DNA of 64,000 nucleotides from an uncultured Oscillospiraceae bacterium (GCA_964370195.1 CAYJIH010000001.1:92621-156620), one strand, 5' to 3'; shown: positions 27,104-35,276, counted from the first letter of the stretch. Numbers and translations are program-made. Notes: a model not told the origin generated them from the sequence alone.

Positions 27104-27658
27104 ATGAATCTGTCTTTGGGTAAAAAAATCAAGGAACTTCGTAAAGCACACGGGTTATCACAAGAGCATCTTGCAGAACAAATGGACGTGAGCCGGCAAT
27201 CTATTTCGAAATGGGAAAATGATCTTTCAGAGCCATCGGCCGAGAATTTATTTCAGCTTGCCGACGTTTTTAACGTGTCTGTTGCAGAGCTGCGTGACCC
27301 AAATGCAAAAGTGGCGTTTGCCTTAAATACAAAAAAGAACACGGTTTCAATGAAAAAATCAAAACCTTTTATTTTGTTTGTTGCGCTTTCATTTATTGGC
27401 TTTATAGTGCTGTTTTTCTTAGGTGTATATGCAAATGCGGCCGGTGTATATGGAGGGCAAATTGTTTTTTATCTTATGATGGCCTCGGCAATGTGTATGT
27501 TGTGTGCTTTTGTGCCAATTTATACATCCATTTTGCAATTTGTATATAAGGATTGTAAGCAAAATGGGATTAAACCGGCTTTTTGGGTATTTGCCTCAAC
27601 AACGTTTATTGGGCTTGCGTATTATCTAATGAAAAGAGATCGCCTTGTGCGCAAATAA
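27104..27658 (+). CDS. membrane-tethered XRE-family HTH transcriptional regulator
   Basis: The N-terminus (LGKKIKELRKAHGLSQEHLAEQMDVSRQSISKWENDLSEPS...L..LA.VF.VS..EL) is a Cro/C1-type HTH. The C-terminal half has 3-4 hydrophobic helices. It ends ...WVFASTTFIGLAYYLMKR, which resembles the PLD N-terminal small membrane domain. GGAGG lies 8 nt before the ATG at 27104. Confidence 0.8.
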   Translation: MNLSLGKKIKELRKAHGLSQEHLAEQMDVSRQSISKWENDLSEPSAENLFQLADVFNVSVAELRDPNAKVAFALNTKKNTVSMKKSKPFILFVALSFIGFIVLFFLGVYANAAGVYGGQIVFYLMMASAMCMLCAFVPIYTSILQFVYKDCKQNGIKPAFWVFASTTFIGLAYYLMKRDRLVRK

Positions 27659-27756
27659 GCCATTGTGTTGGTTTTTGAACATCGGAATAAAGAGGCGATG
27701 CGATTCATCTCGCACCGTCTCATGTTGTTTAGAAAGCGTTATTTGAATGGTTCGAT

Positions 27757-27812
27757 GAAAAAAGCCGATACAGTAGCATATCATGCATTGCTACTGTATC
27801 GGCTTTTCGTTT
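27757..27812. terminator. bidirectional rho-independent terminator
   Basis: 18-bp perfect stem AAAGCCGATACAGTAGCA / TGCTACTGTATCGGCTTT, with an A-run before and a T-rich tract after. It sits between the convergent XRE gene and the ALDH gene. Confidence 0.85.
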
Positions 27813-27875
27813 TTCTGGCATTTGGCGTTATTTTGCCATGCCAGTGTTTTATGTTGTTTTAGATAGGGATTTTAA

Positions 27876-29342
27876 TTAACCTTTAGGCACGAAATCCATG
27901 CAGATGTGTTTTACCTCTGTGTATTTCATGATGCCCTCAATGCCGCCTGCACGGTCGATGCCACTCTCTTTAAAGCCACCGGTTTCGCATTCTGGGAACA
28001 AGCGGTTGTAGCAGTTGATCCAGCAAGAGCCGGCACGAATTTTGCGGGACATACGCATGGCTCTGTCGATGTCTTGTGTCCACACGCTGGAAGCAAGGCC
28101 GAACAAAGTGCCGTTTGCAATGGCAACAGCCTCTTCCTCGGTTTCAAATGTTTGCACAACAAGCACAGGGCCAAAAATTTCTTCTTGCACAATAGAACTA
28201 TCCATTGGTGCGTTCATGAAAATGGTGGGGGCAATATAGAAGCCTTTGTCTAGGCCGTTTTCTGTAACACGATAGCCACCGGTAACAAGCTCTGCGCATT
28301 TTTTTCCGTCTTCAATAAAGCCAAGCACTTTGTTCATTTGGCCTTCTGTGGTGATGGCACCCATCATGGTGCCGTCGTCTAGGCAGAAGCCAACTTTAAT
28401 TTTTTCCACTTCTGCTTTTAAGCGTGCTACAAACTCATCTGCAATCGATTTTTCAATTACAAGACGAGAGCCCACGGTGCACAATTGGCCAGCATTTGTA
28501 AAGATGGCTTTGATGGCGTATGGTAAGGCTTTGTCGAGGTCGGCATCGGCAAAAATAACGTTTGGAGATTTACCGCCAAGCTCTAGGGATAGTTTTTTCA
28601 TGGTGGGGGCCGCTTTTACCATGATGTCTTTGCCGGTGTCTACGCCGCCGGTGAAGCTAATCATGTCTACGTCCGGATGTTCTACAATGGCGTTGCCAAT
28701 AATGCGGCCAAGGCCGGAAACGGCATTCATTACACCACGGGGGAATAAGGTGTTGTTTTTCAAAAGGTCCACCACAGCCAAGGTGCAACCGGTGGTTTGC
28801 TCGGCAGCTTTTAGCACAATGGTGTTGCCGGCAGCAAGAGCAGGGGCCATATCACGCATCAGCAAGGTGATGGGATAGTTCCACGGAGTGATAACACCGA
28901 TGACGCCGGCAGGGTCGCGCGCAAGTACAGACAAGGTGTTTTTGTCTACCGTGGTGCTGCTGCCATATAAGGTGCGAGCGGCAGCGGCATAGAACTCAAG
29001 ATAGCCAATTGCGCCATTGATTTCGAAGCGTGCTTCTGCAATGGGTTTGCCTGTTTCTAAAGATAGGCAAGTGGCAAGCTCTTCTAGGTTTTCGCGCATA
29101 TCGCGTGCCCATGCGAACATGGCTTGGGTGCGAAGGCGTGGGTTATAGGCCCAGTCCTCCTCATAAAAAGCGCGTTTGGCGCTGGCTACAGCAGCATTTA
29201 CATCATCTAAGTTTGAGGTGGGGATGATGGACACCACTTCTCCGTTGCCGGGGCAGATAAGCTCTTTCGTTTCACCTGTGGAGCTGTCTTGCCATTTTCC
29301 ATCGATTAAATTTTGATAGGTTTTTACTTCCATTTTTGACAT
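27876..29342 (-). CDS. NAD(P)-dependent aldehyde dehydrogenase
   Basis: LELGGKSP (catalytic Glu region), FTNAGQLCTVGSR (catalytic Cys), EEIFGPV, PWNYP. The start is probably the ATG at 29342 (MSKMEV...); an ATG at 29333 is also possible. Confidence 0.9.
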   Translation of the reverse strand: MSKMEVKTYQNLIDGKWQDSSTGETKELICPGNGEVVSIIPTSNLDDVNAAVASAKRAFYEEDWAYNPRLRTQAMFAWARDMRENLEELATCLSLETGKPIAEARFEINGAIGYLEFYAAAARTLYGSSTTVDKNTLSVLARDPAGVIGVITPWNYPITLLMRDMAPALAAGNTIVLKAAEQTTGCTLAVVDLLKNNTLFPRGVMNAVSGLGRIIGNAIVEHPDVDMISFTGGVDTGKDIMVKAAPTMKKLSLELGGKSPNVIFADADLDKALPYAIKAIFTNAGQLCTVGSRLVIEKSIADEFVARLKAEVEKIKVGFCLDDGTMMGAITTEGQMNKVLGFIEDGKKCAELVTGGYRVTENGLDKGFYIAPTIFMNAPMDSSIVQEEIFGPVLVVQTFETEEEAVAIANGTLFGLASSVWTQDIDRAMRMSRKIRAGSCWINCYNRLFPECETGGFKESGIDRAGGIEGIMKYTEVKHICMDFVPKG

Positions 29343-29441
29343 AATAGGCACAGCCTTTCTCCAACGGCTAATTGAATATTTTGTATCTGCCATGGCCGCT
29401 GGGAGATGGCAGAATTATCTTAAGTGGAAATCCACTTTCGA

Positions 29442-30602
29442 TTACAGTAGGTTATAGTCCTCTAAAACGGAGAGGAACACGGCTTTGCATTCTGCGTGGC
29501 TAGGCACACGAGGGTTGTTTTTTACAAGGAACATTTTGCATGTTTCTTCTGCAACCAAATCGGCATGGTCTGCTGTGATGCCGAATTTAGATAAATCCGG
29601 TTTTGCACCTGTTTTTTCAAACAAGCGACGCACAGCATCCACGGAAAGTTCGGCTTTTTCGTATAAATCTAAGCCTTCGGTGTTGCAACCAAGCAGTTCT
29701 GCAATTTTGGCAAATTTTTCCGGGCGTGCCATGAGGTTGTATTCCATAATGTACTCAAGCAAAATGGCGTTCGATTCGCCGTGTGCCAAATGGAAATGGC
29801 CACACATGGGGCCGCTCATGGCATGCACCATGCCAAGGCCGGCTTGGTCCATGGCAACGCCGGCTAAGGTGCTGGCAAGTGCCATATCATAACGTGCGTC
29901 TAAATCGTTTCCGTTGGCACAAGCTTTCCAAAGCGAACGGCCAATTAAACGGATGGCTTCTTCGGCCCAGGCGTCTGTAAATGGATTTGCGCCAAGGCCT
30001 ACATACGCTTCGATGGCATGGGTTAAAGCGTCCATACCGGTGGTGGCGGTGAGGTAAACAGGCAAACCGGCCATCAGTTCCGGGTCGATAATGGCATGTT
30101 TTGGGAACAACACGTCCGAGTTGATGCCTTTCTTTGCATTGCGGCTTACAATAACAGCTACGCGTGTTACCTCGCTGCCGGTGCCTGCTGTGGTGGGAAT
30201 GGCCACAAATGGAAGAGAAGGGTTTTCGAACGGCTTGCCGTTCCATTGGTATTCGTCCAGTGGCAATTTGTTGGTGGCAAGTGCTGCCAAAATTTTACCA
30301 AGGTCGGCAGGGCTGCCGCCGCCCAGTGCCACCACCATGGTTGGTTTGTAGGCATTCAATTCTTCCAAAGCGGCTGCAGCAAGCTCGGCGCTTGGGTTTG
30401 GCGGTACGTTATTGAAAGTGGTGTAATCAACGCCAGCCTCTGTAAGGATGCTGCGCACACGATCGGCAAGGCCGGCAGCTTCAAGGCCTTGGTCGGTGAC
30501 GAAAAATACACGCTCTTCTTTTGTTACAAGGTTCTTTAAAGTGGAAAGGGAGCCTTTCCCGAAGTGGATGGAGGTGGGGAGAAAAAAACGTTTGTTTAGC
30601 AC
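29442..30602 (-). CDS. iron-containing (group III) alcohol dehydrogenase
   Basis: ALGGGSPADLGK, IPTTAGTGSE, TGMDALTHAIEAY and the H....H metal-ligand region (HAMSGPMCGHFHLAHG). Confidence 0.9.
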   Translation of the reverse strand: MLNKRFFLPTSIHFGKGSLSTLKNLVTKEERVFFVTDQGLEAAGLADRVRSILTEAGVDYTTFNNVPPNPSAELAAAALEELNAYKPTMVVALGGGSPADLGKILAALATNKLPLDEYQWNGKPFENPSLPFVAIPTTAGTGSEVTRVAVIVSRNAKKGINSDVLFPKHAIIDPELMAGLPVYLTATTGMDALTHAIEAYVGLGANPFTDAWAEEAIRLIGRSLWKACANGNDLDARYDMALASTLAGVAMDQAGLGMVHAMSGPMCGHFHLAHGESNAILLEYIMEYNLMARPEKFAKIAELLGCNTEGLDLYEKAELSVDAVRRLFEKTGAKPDLSKFGITADHADLVAEETCKMFLVKNNPRVPSHAECKAVFLSVLEDYNLL

Positions 30603-30662
30603 GACGATTCCTCGCTTTCTTATGGTGGGGATAAAATTATGTATTTGTATTGGCTGTTTGTA

Positions 30663-31265
30663 TCAACAGCCTTCCCAGGGGCTTGCCAGCTCTTGCTTTA
30701 GGCCCAGTTGGTCTAGCAGGCGCCCTGTGAAATGATTGATGATATCGTCCAGCGTTTGTGGTTTTTGGTAAAACCCGGGCGACGCTGGCATAATAACAAC
30801 ACCCATGTGGCTTAATTTTGCCATATTATCAAGGTGAATGGTGTTATAGGGGGCTTCTCTTGCCACCAATATAAGTGGTCTGCGCTCTTTTAATGTAACA
30901 TCTGCAGCCCTGTGAAGCAAGTTGGCTGAGGTGCCACAACAGATGTTGCCTACGGTGCCCATGCTACAAGGCACAATAATCATGGCATCTGCTTTTACAG
31001 AACCGCTGGCAATCGGCGCGGCAATATTTTGGCAGTGATAGTAGAACAGTTGTTCTTTAACGTCGAAAAATGCGCGCAAGGTGTTTTGGGCTTCGTCATC
31101 TGTTTGATTGGCGATAGAAAGGCCTGTTTCATGTTCTAAAACAAGTTTTCCGGCCTCGCTAATCGTGAGTAAAACACGGTGCCCCAGTGCAAACAACTCT
31201 TGCATAAGGCGCACAGCATAAACAGAGCCGGAAGCGCCGGTGATGCCAAGAATATACGTGTTCAC
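30663..31265 (-). CDS. ubiX: UbiX-family flavin prenyltransferase
   Basis: ILGITGASGSVYAVRL, IVPCSMGT, ADVTLKERRPL.LV.RE.P and the 200-aa size are typical of UbiX/Pad1. Confidence 0.9.
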   Translation of the reverse strand: MNTYILGITGASGSVYAVRLMQELFALGHRVLLTISEAGKLVLEHETGLSIANQTDDEAQNTLRAFFDVKEQLFYYHCQNIAAPIASGSVKADAMIIVPCSMGTVGNICCGTSANLLHRAADVTLKERRPLILVAREAPYNTIHLDNMAKLSHMGVVIMPASPGFYQKPQTLDDIINHFTGRLLDQLGLKQELASPWEGC

Positions 31266-31277
31266 AAATCAATCTCC

Positions 31278-32621
31278 CTATTTAAGGTACTCGGTTAAAT
31301 CTACCTCTGGATATGTTACGCGTTCAATGCCTTTGCTTTCTTCACTTAAGGTGGCATCAATGCCCATTTTTGTTTGCACACCACGGTTGTCCGAGCAGGG
31401 GTCAAGCTCGTGGCCTTGTGCGCCGGGAACATAGAAAATATCTTGTGCAGGCACCACGCGGTTTGATAAGGCCCACATGATATCGGAAGCGTTGTAAATA
31501 TCCACGTCTTCGTCTACGATGATTACATTTTTTATGTTTACATAGCTCATCATGGCGGCCAAGGCAACGTTTTTGGGCTCGCCCGGGTTTTTTTTGCGCA
31601 ACTGGATTACTGCTAAAAATCCACTGCCATACGGTGGGATGTGCACATCAAGTACACCGCTGCTTACATGGGTGCAGAATTTTTTCAAAAGCGGCTCACG
31701 CGGCAATACATTGCCAAGGTTGATGTGTTCGAAGGAGGCGCCGTTGATGGTTTGATAGATGGCGTTGTTGCGGTGTGTGATGGCGGTTACCTCGAAAATA
31801 GGGCTGGGCCATGGATCGCTGTAGTGGCCGGTAAATTCGCCCAAAGGGCCTTCCTCTTCGCGTTTTGTTGGTAAAATGCGGCCTTCAATAACGAATTCGG
31901 CCGTGGCAGGCACGTACAAATCGTTTGTAACACACTTTACAACATCAATAGATTTGCCACGAATGGCGCCGGAAACCTCTACCTCGTTGCCGCCGAAACG
32001 CAAGCCGGCTGCAATGTAGTGCACAGGGTCACAGCCGCAAACCACCGAAATGGGCAGGGCTTTTCCTTCGTTTTCTGCCTCGTCATAAAAATCTTTTAAG
32101 TGGCGCCACTCGTTAATCATAATGCCGGTTTTGTTCTTTTCTTTCACATGCATGCGCTGAAATGAAAGGTTTTGCGAGCCACCGTGCAGGCCACGGCTTA
32201 CAATGAGACCACCGGTGATGAAAGGCCCGCCGTCTTTTGGCGCATGTTGAGGAATGGGCACTTTGCCAAGGTCGATGTCATCGCCCGTAAGCACATTTTC
32301 TTGGCAGGGGGCGTTTTCAACCACCGTGGGGGGGATGGGCTTTTCCATGCATTCGCCAAGGAAATCATTCATTTCCGGTTTTGGCACGCCCAGTGCCAGC
32401 GAGATGCGATCCATAGAGGACAAAACACCGCCGGCAACTTTGAATTTGCGGTCTTTCACGTCGTTAAATAAAGCGGCGCCCATATTTTTACGATCAAGGG
32501 TGGCAATTACGCGTCCAATTTCGTACTGCCAATCCACCTGTTTTTCAATTGTTTCCAGTTCGCCGTTCTCTTTTAAAATATCCAAAAAACTGCGTAGATC
32601 ATAAATGTTTGCTTGTTGCAT
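31278..32621 (-). CDS. UbiD-family (prFMN-dependent) decarboxylase, substrate unknown
   Basis: DLRSFLDILKENGEL..I...VD...EI, GGPFITGG, SFQRM, EGPLGEFTGHYS. 447 aa. It is separated from ubiX by 12 nt. Confidence 0.85.
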   Translation of the reverse strand: MQQANIYDLRSFLDILKENGELETIEKQVDWQYEIGRVIATLDRKNMGAALFNDVKDRKFKVAGGVLSSMDRISLALGVPKPEMNDFLGECMEKPIPPTVVENAPCQENVLTGDDIDLGKVPIPQHAPKDGGPFITGGLIVSRGLHGGSQNLSFQRMHVKEKNKTGIMINEWRHLKDFYDEAENEGKALPISVVCGCDPVHYIAAGLRFGGNEVEVSGAIRGKSIDVVKCVTNDLYVPATAEFVIEGRILPTKREEEGPLGEFTGHYSDPWPSPIFEVTAITHRNNAIYQTINGASFEHINLGNVLPREPLLKKFCTHVSSGVLDVHIPPYGSGFLAVIQLRKKNPGEPKNVALAAMMSYVNIKNVIIVDEDVDIYNASDIMWALSNRVVPAQDIFYVPGAQGHELDPCSDNRGVQTKMGIDATLSEESKGIERVTYPEVDLTEYLK

Positions 32622-32720
32622 ATTTACAACCCTTTCTTTTTATGGCAAAGGCATCATGGAAGAGAGGACGCTTTGCATCTTTTATTTTTGTTGAAAGTGA
32701 ATTAAGTGATTTCTTACGTT

Positions 32721-32750
32721 AGTATAACAGAGTGGAAGAACATAGGTCAA
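32721..32750 (-). promoter_or_regulatory. candidate sigma-A promoter of the ubiD-ubiX-adh-aldh operon
   Basis: On the minus strand: TTGACC (complement of 32745-32750), 18-nt spacer, TATACT (complement of 32721-32726), about 100 nt upstream of the ubiD ATG. Confidence 0.5.
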
Positions 32751-32751
32751 C

Positions 32752-32788
32752 AAGTTTTTCATAAAAAAATAAATTTCATGAAAAACTT
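32752..32788. promoter_or_regulatory. 11-bp perfect inverted repeat (possible operator) abutting the -35 of the ubiD promoter
   Basis: AAGTTTTTCAT (32752-32762), 15-nt spacer, ATGAAAAACTT (32778-32788). Confidence 0.45.
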
Positions 32789-33005
32789 TTTCCTCAAATA
32801 AAACATGTGTGTACGTAATAAATTGTTTTATATGGCGAAGTGCACAAAAATAATCGTGAAAATGACGAGAGATATTGAGAAAGAGATGGATAGGAAGAAT
32901 GCAGCCAAAGTTGTACACGAATTACTTGTAAAACAAAAGAAAATACTATATTATTAGGTATACTATTGATTTATAAGGACAGCAATAACGTGATAAGGGT
33001 GGGCC

Positions 33006-33950
33006 ATGGATTACATTTTGGGCGTTGAAAGCGCTGCAGACAACACCAACGTAAACGTTGCTACGCTTCAGGGAGCGGTGATGTTCCGTTTTACAGTGGG
33101 CACCATCAGCTTGATTTTTGCAAACGAGGAAGAAGTGCGCCAAAATTTGGCAGAGGTGTTTTTGACAGCGCAAATGGCGGGGTATCCCGTTCGAAACTGC
33201 CGCCAAGTGTGTTTGGGTGTGGCGGGTTTGCAGCCAACACGTGCGGTGCCACAACTTGAGACAACATTGCGCGGGGTAATGTATCACTGTGGGTATCGTG
33301 GAGATGCTTATCTTGTGTCGGACGAGCAAATTGCCTTGATGGGTGCCGTGGGGCGTGAAGAAGGCATGATTTTGGTGGCGGAGGACGCTGCTGTTTGCTT
33401 TGGGAAAAATCGTTTTCATATGCATCACCGCACCGGAGGTTTTGCCCAGTGGGCGGATGATGATGGTTCGCGTTATGCCATAGGACGCAGAATTTTGCGT
33501 GCGGCAGTGCGTGGCTGCGACGGACGCAGTGCACCAACACGTTTGACGGCACAGTTGTATTTAAAATTTAGCCTTGGTGGTAAAGAGGATTTGCTTAACT
33601 TTTTGCGCAGAGATACATTGCGAGCGCAAGATATATGTGCTTTGGCAGATTTATTGCCTGAAGCGTGTAGAGCCAAAGATCGTGCGGCGCTACAAATTGT
33701 GGAGGAAAGTACAGACGAACTGCTGGAGTTGGTAAAGCCGGTGGCGAGCCGGCTTCAATTGGAAAAAAATGTGCTGGCTGTGGCCGGGAAATTGCTTTTG
33801 GAAGATGTGATGATGGGTATGTCGTTTAAGAAAAAAATAACGCAGGCATATCCGGATATGCAATGTGTGCCACCAAAACAAGACCGTGTGATGGGAGCGG
33901 TTTTGCTGGCGAAAGAGCGGCTGGCACTGCGCGGGTATCGCACCGTGTAA
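33006..33950 (+). CDS. BadF/BadG/BcrA/BcrD-type ATPase family (N-acetylglucosamine kinase-like) protein, with a divergent N-terminal motif
   Basis: Its length and internal blocks (..GVAGL...., ..SDE.IALMGA.G...G.ILVA..., GGF....DDGS.Y.IGR) fit the ASKHA BadF-type family. The N-terminus reads ILGVESAADNT where the family normally has GIDGGGTKT. Confidence 0.6.
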   Translation: MDYILGVESAADNTNVNVATLQGAVMFRFTVGTISLIFANEEEVRQNLAEVFLTAQMAGYPVRNCRQVCLGVAGLQPTRAVPQLETTLRGVMYHCGYRGDAYLVSDEQIALMGAVGREEGMILVAEDAAVCFGKNRFHMHHRTGGFAQWADDDGSRYAIGRRILRAAVRGCDGRSAPTRLTAQLYLKFSLGGKEDLLNFLRRDTLRAQDICALADLLPEACRAKDRAALQIVEESTDELLELVKPVASRLQLEKNVLAVAGKLLLEDVMMGMSFKKKITQAYPDMQCVPPKQDRVMGAVLLAKERLALRGYRTV

Positions 33951-33963
33951 AATGAGGTGAGCG

Positions 33964-34299
33964 GTGGACAAAGAGTTTGATGAAAAAATATACCAATTGG
34001 CTTCGCTTGTTCCGATAGGGTATGTAACAACGTATGGCCAGCTAGCGGGGCTTGCAGGGCGTCCGGGCTGGGCGCGCAGGGTGGGCAGGGCCCTAAGTAG
34101 AGCAAGTGAACATGCGCCATGCCACCGAGTGGTGAACAGCCAAGGAAGGTTGGTGCCCGGCTGGGGCCGGCAGCGTGAATGGCTTTTAGAAGAAGGTGTG
34201 CACATAAAAGAAAACGGCTGTGTGGATATGAAGCGCCACAGGCTTTCGGCCGAGATGTGGTTGCATGTTTTGCAAAAAGAGGATGAAAATATCTTGTAA
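33964..34299 (+). CDS. MGMT-family (methylated-DNA--protein-cysteine methyltransferase DNA-binding domain) protein
   Basis: VP.G.VTTYGQLA...G.P...R.VG.AL......PCHRVVNS.G retains the PCHR active-site motif. It is a 111-aa stand-alone domain. The GTG start follows GAGGTGA. Confidence 0.8.
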   Translation: MDKEFDEKIYQLASLVPIGYVTTYGQLAGLAGRPGWARRVGRALSRASEHAPCHRVVNSQGRLVPGWGRQREWLLEEGVHIKENGCVDMKRHRLSAEMWLHVLQKEDENIL

Positions 34300-34364
34300 A
34301 AATATGCACACATGCACTTTTTGCTTTAAAAGTGGCCCTGTGTGTAAAAAAACGGGTGTTTTAC

Positions 34365-34394
34365 TTGACATAAAGAAACAGCATGTGGTATTAT
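34365..34394 (+). promoter_or_regulatory. sigma-A promoter of the infC-rpmI-rplT operon
   Basis: TTGACA (34365-34370), 18-nt spacer containing TGg (extended -10), TATTAT (34389-34394). Confidence 0.65.
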
Positions 34395-34399
34395 ATTTT

Positions 34400-34618
34400 G
34401 AGAATCAAGTAGCAATGGCAATGCCAAGCTCACCTTGTGCGCCTAACGGTGCCGGGTTTATATCGGAAAGGCCAATGGTTAAATTGGCCGGTTTCCCGGT
34501 GGAGTGTGGCTATTTGAGGCTGTGCTCTTATTTTTTTGGGCAAATGAGCATGCAGATTTGCCCAAGGAACATCATACACGCCTATGGGCGGAAATTCAAA
34601 AATAGGGAGGGCTTACCC
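34400..34618 (+). promoter_or_regulatory. about 220-nt structured 5' leader of infC (candidate L20-responsive leader)
   Basis: A long untranslated leader lies between the promoter and infC. It contains several hairpins (GGCCAAT-ggttaa-ATTGGCC at about 34471-34490, and TTGGGCAAAT...ATTTGCCCAA at 34536-34565) and a T-run at 34530-34537. Its position matches known L20 leaders in Firmicutes, but I did not verify the fold. Confidence 0.4.
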
Positions 34619-35215
34619 ATCGCAAGCGGCAAAAAAAATGAGATGGACATCAATGGGATGATTCGCGACAAAGAGGTGCGCGTCATCGGTTCAGACGGAA
34701 GCCAGCTTGGCATTATGGCCACAAAAGATGCGCTTCGTTTGGCAGAGGAAGAAGATCTCGATTTGGTGAAAATCGCCCCGCAGGCAAATCCGCCTGTGGT
34801 AAAAGTGCTAGATTACGGGAAATACCGTTTCGAGCAGCAGAAAAAGGAAAAAGAAGCTCGCAAAAACCAAAAAGTGGTGGAGATTAAAGAAATTCGCTTA
34901 TCATTAAAAATTGATGTGGGCGATTTTAACACAAAACTACACCATGCCGAAAAATTTCTTAAAAGCGGTGACAAAGTAAAAGTGTCTATCCGTTTTCGGG
35001 GACGCGAGATGGCTCACGCAAACCAAGGTCTCACCGTGCATCGCCGCTTTGCAGAGGAACTGTCTGAGATTGCCAGTGTAGAGCGCCCACCCAAATTGGA
35101 GGGCCGCAGTATGATTATGTTCCTTGCACCATTGCAGCAAAAAGAGGGTGCACCAAAGAGCAAAAAACCAGCCGCAGATAAAAGCGGTGAGGAAAAGCAG
35201 GCAACTGAAGCATAA
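34619..35215 (+). CDS. infC: translation initiation factor IF-3 (probable non-AUG ATC start)
   Basis: IRDKEVRVIGSDGSQLGIM....AL.LAEEEDLDLV.......PPV.KVLDYGKYRFEQQKKEKEARKNQK.VEIKEIRLS..ID..DF..K is canonical IF-3. AGGGAGGG lies 7 nt before the in-frame ATC at 34619. The first in-frame ATG is at 34643. Confidence 0.85.
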   Translation: MASGKKNEMDINGMIRDKEVRVIGSDGSQLGIMATKDALRLAEEEDLDLVKIAPQANPPVVKVLDYGKYRFEQQKKEKEARKNQKVVEIKEIRLSLKIDVGDFNTKLHHAEKFLKSGDKVKVSIRFRGREMAHANQGLTVHRRFAEELSEIASVERPPKLEGRSMIMFLAPLQQKEGAPKSKKPAADKSGEEKQATEA

Positions 35216-35276
35216 ATGCCTGCAAGGGGTGTAACACACCTTAAGGTACAAAACAACAAACAGGAGGGTATAAACC

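Noticed and set aside
27665-27862. 65-aa plus-strand ORF after the XRE gene.
   Set aside because: It reads straight through the 18-bp terminator stem at 27761-27806 and has no SD.
33690-34313. 207-aa and 184-aa minus-strand ORFs opposite the BadF-like and MGMT-like genes.
   Set aside because: They are antisense shadow ORFs. The plus-strand MGMT domain has the PCHR motif and an SD.
34536-34565. Hairpin TTGGGCAAAT...ATTTGCCCAA in the infC leader as an intrinsic terminator.
   Set aside because: The T-run precedes the stem rather than following it on the plus strand, and the minus strand would have an A-run after it. It is kept only as part of the structured leader.
34265-34618. Upstream in-frame extension of the infC ORF (the track gives 316 aa).
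   Set aside because: The extension contains the operon promoter (34365-34394) and the leader, has no IF-3 similarity and has no SD. The real start is placed at 34619, or at 34643.
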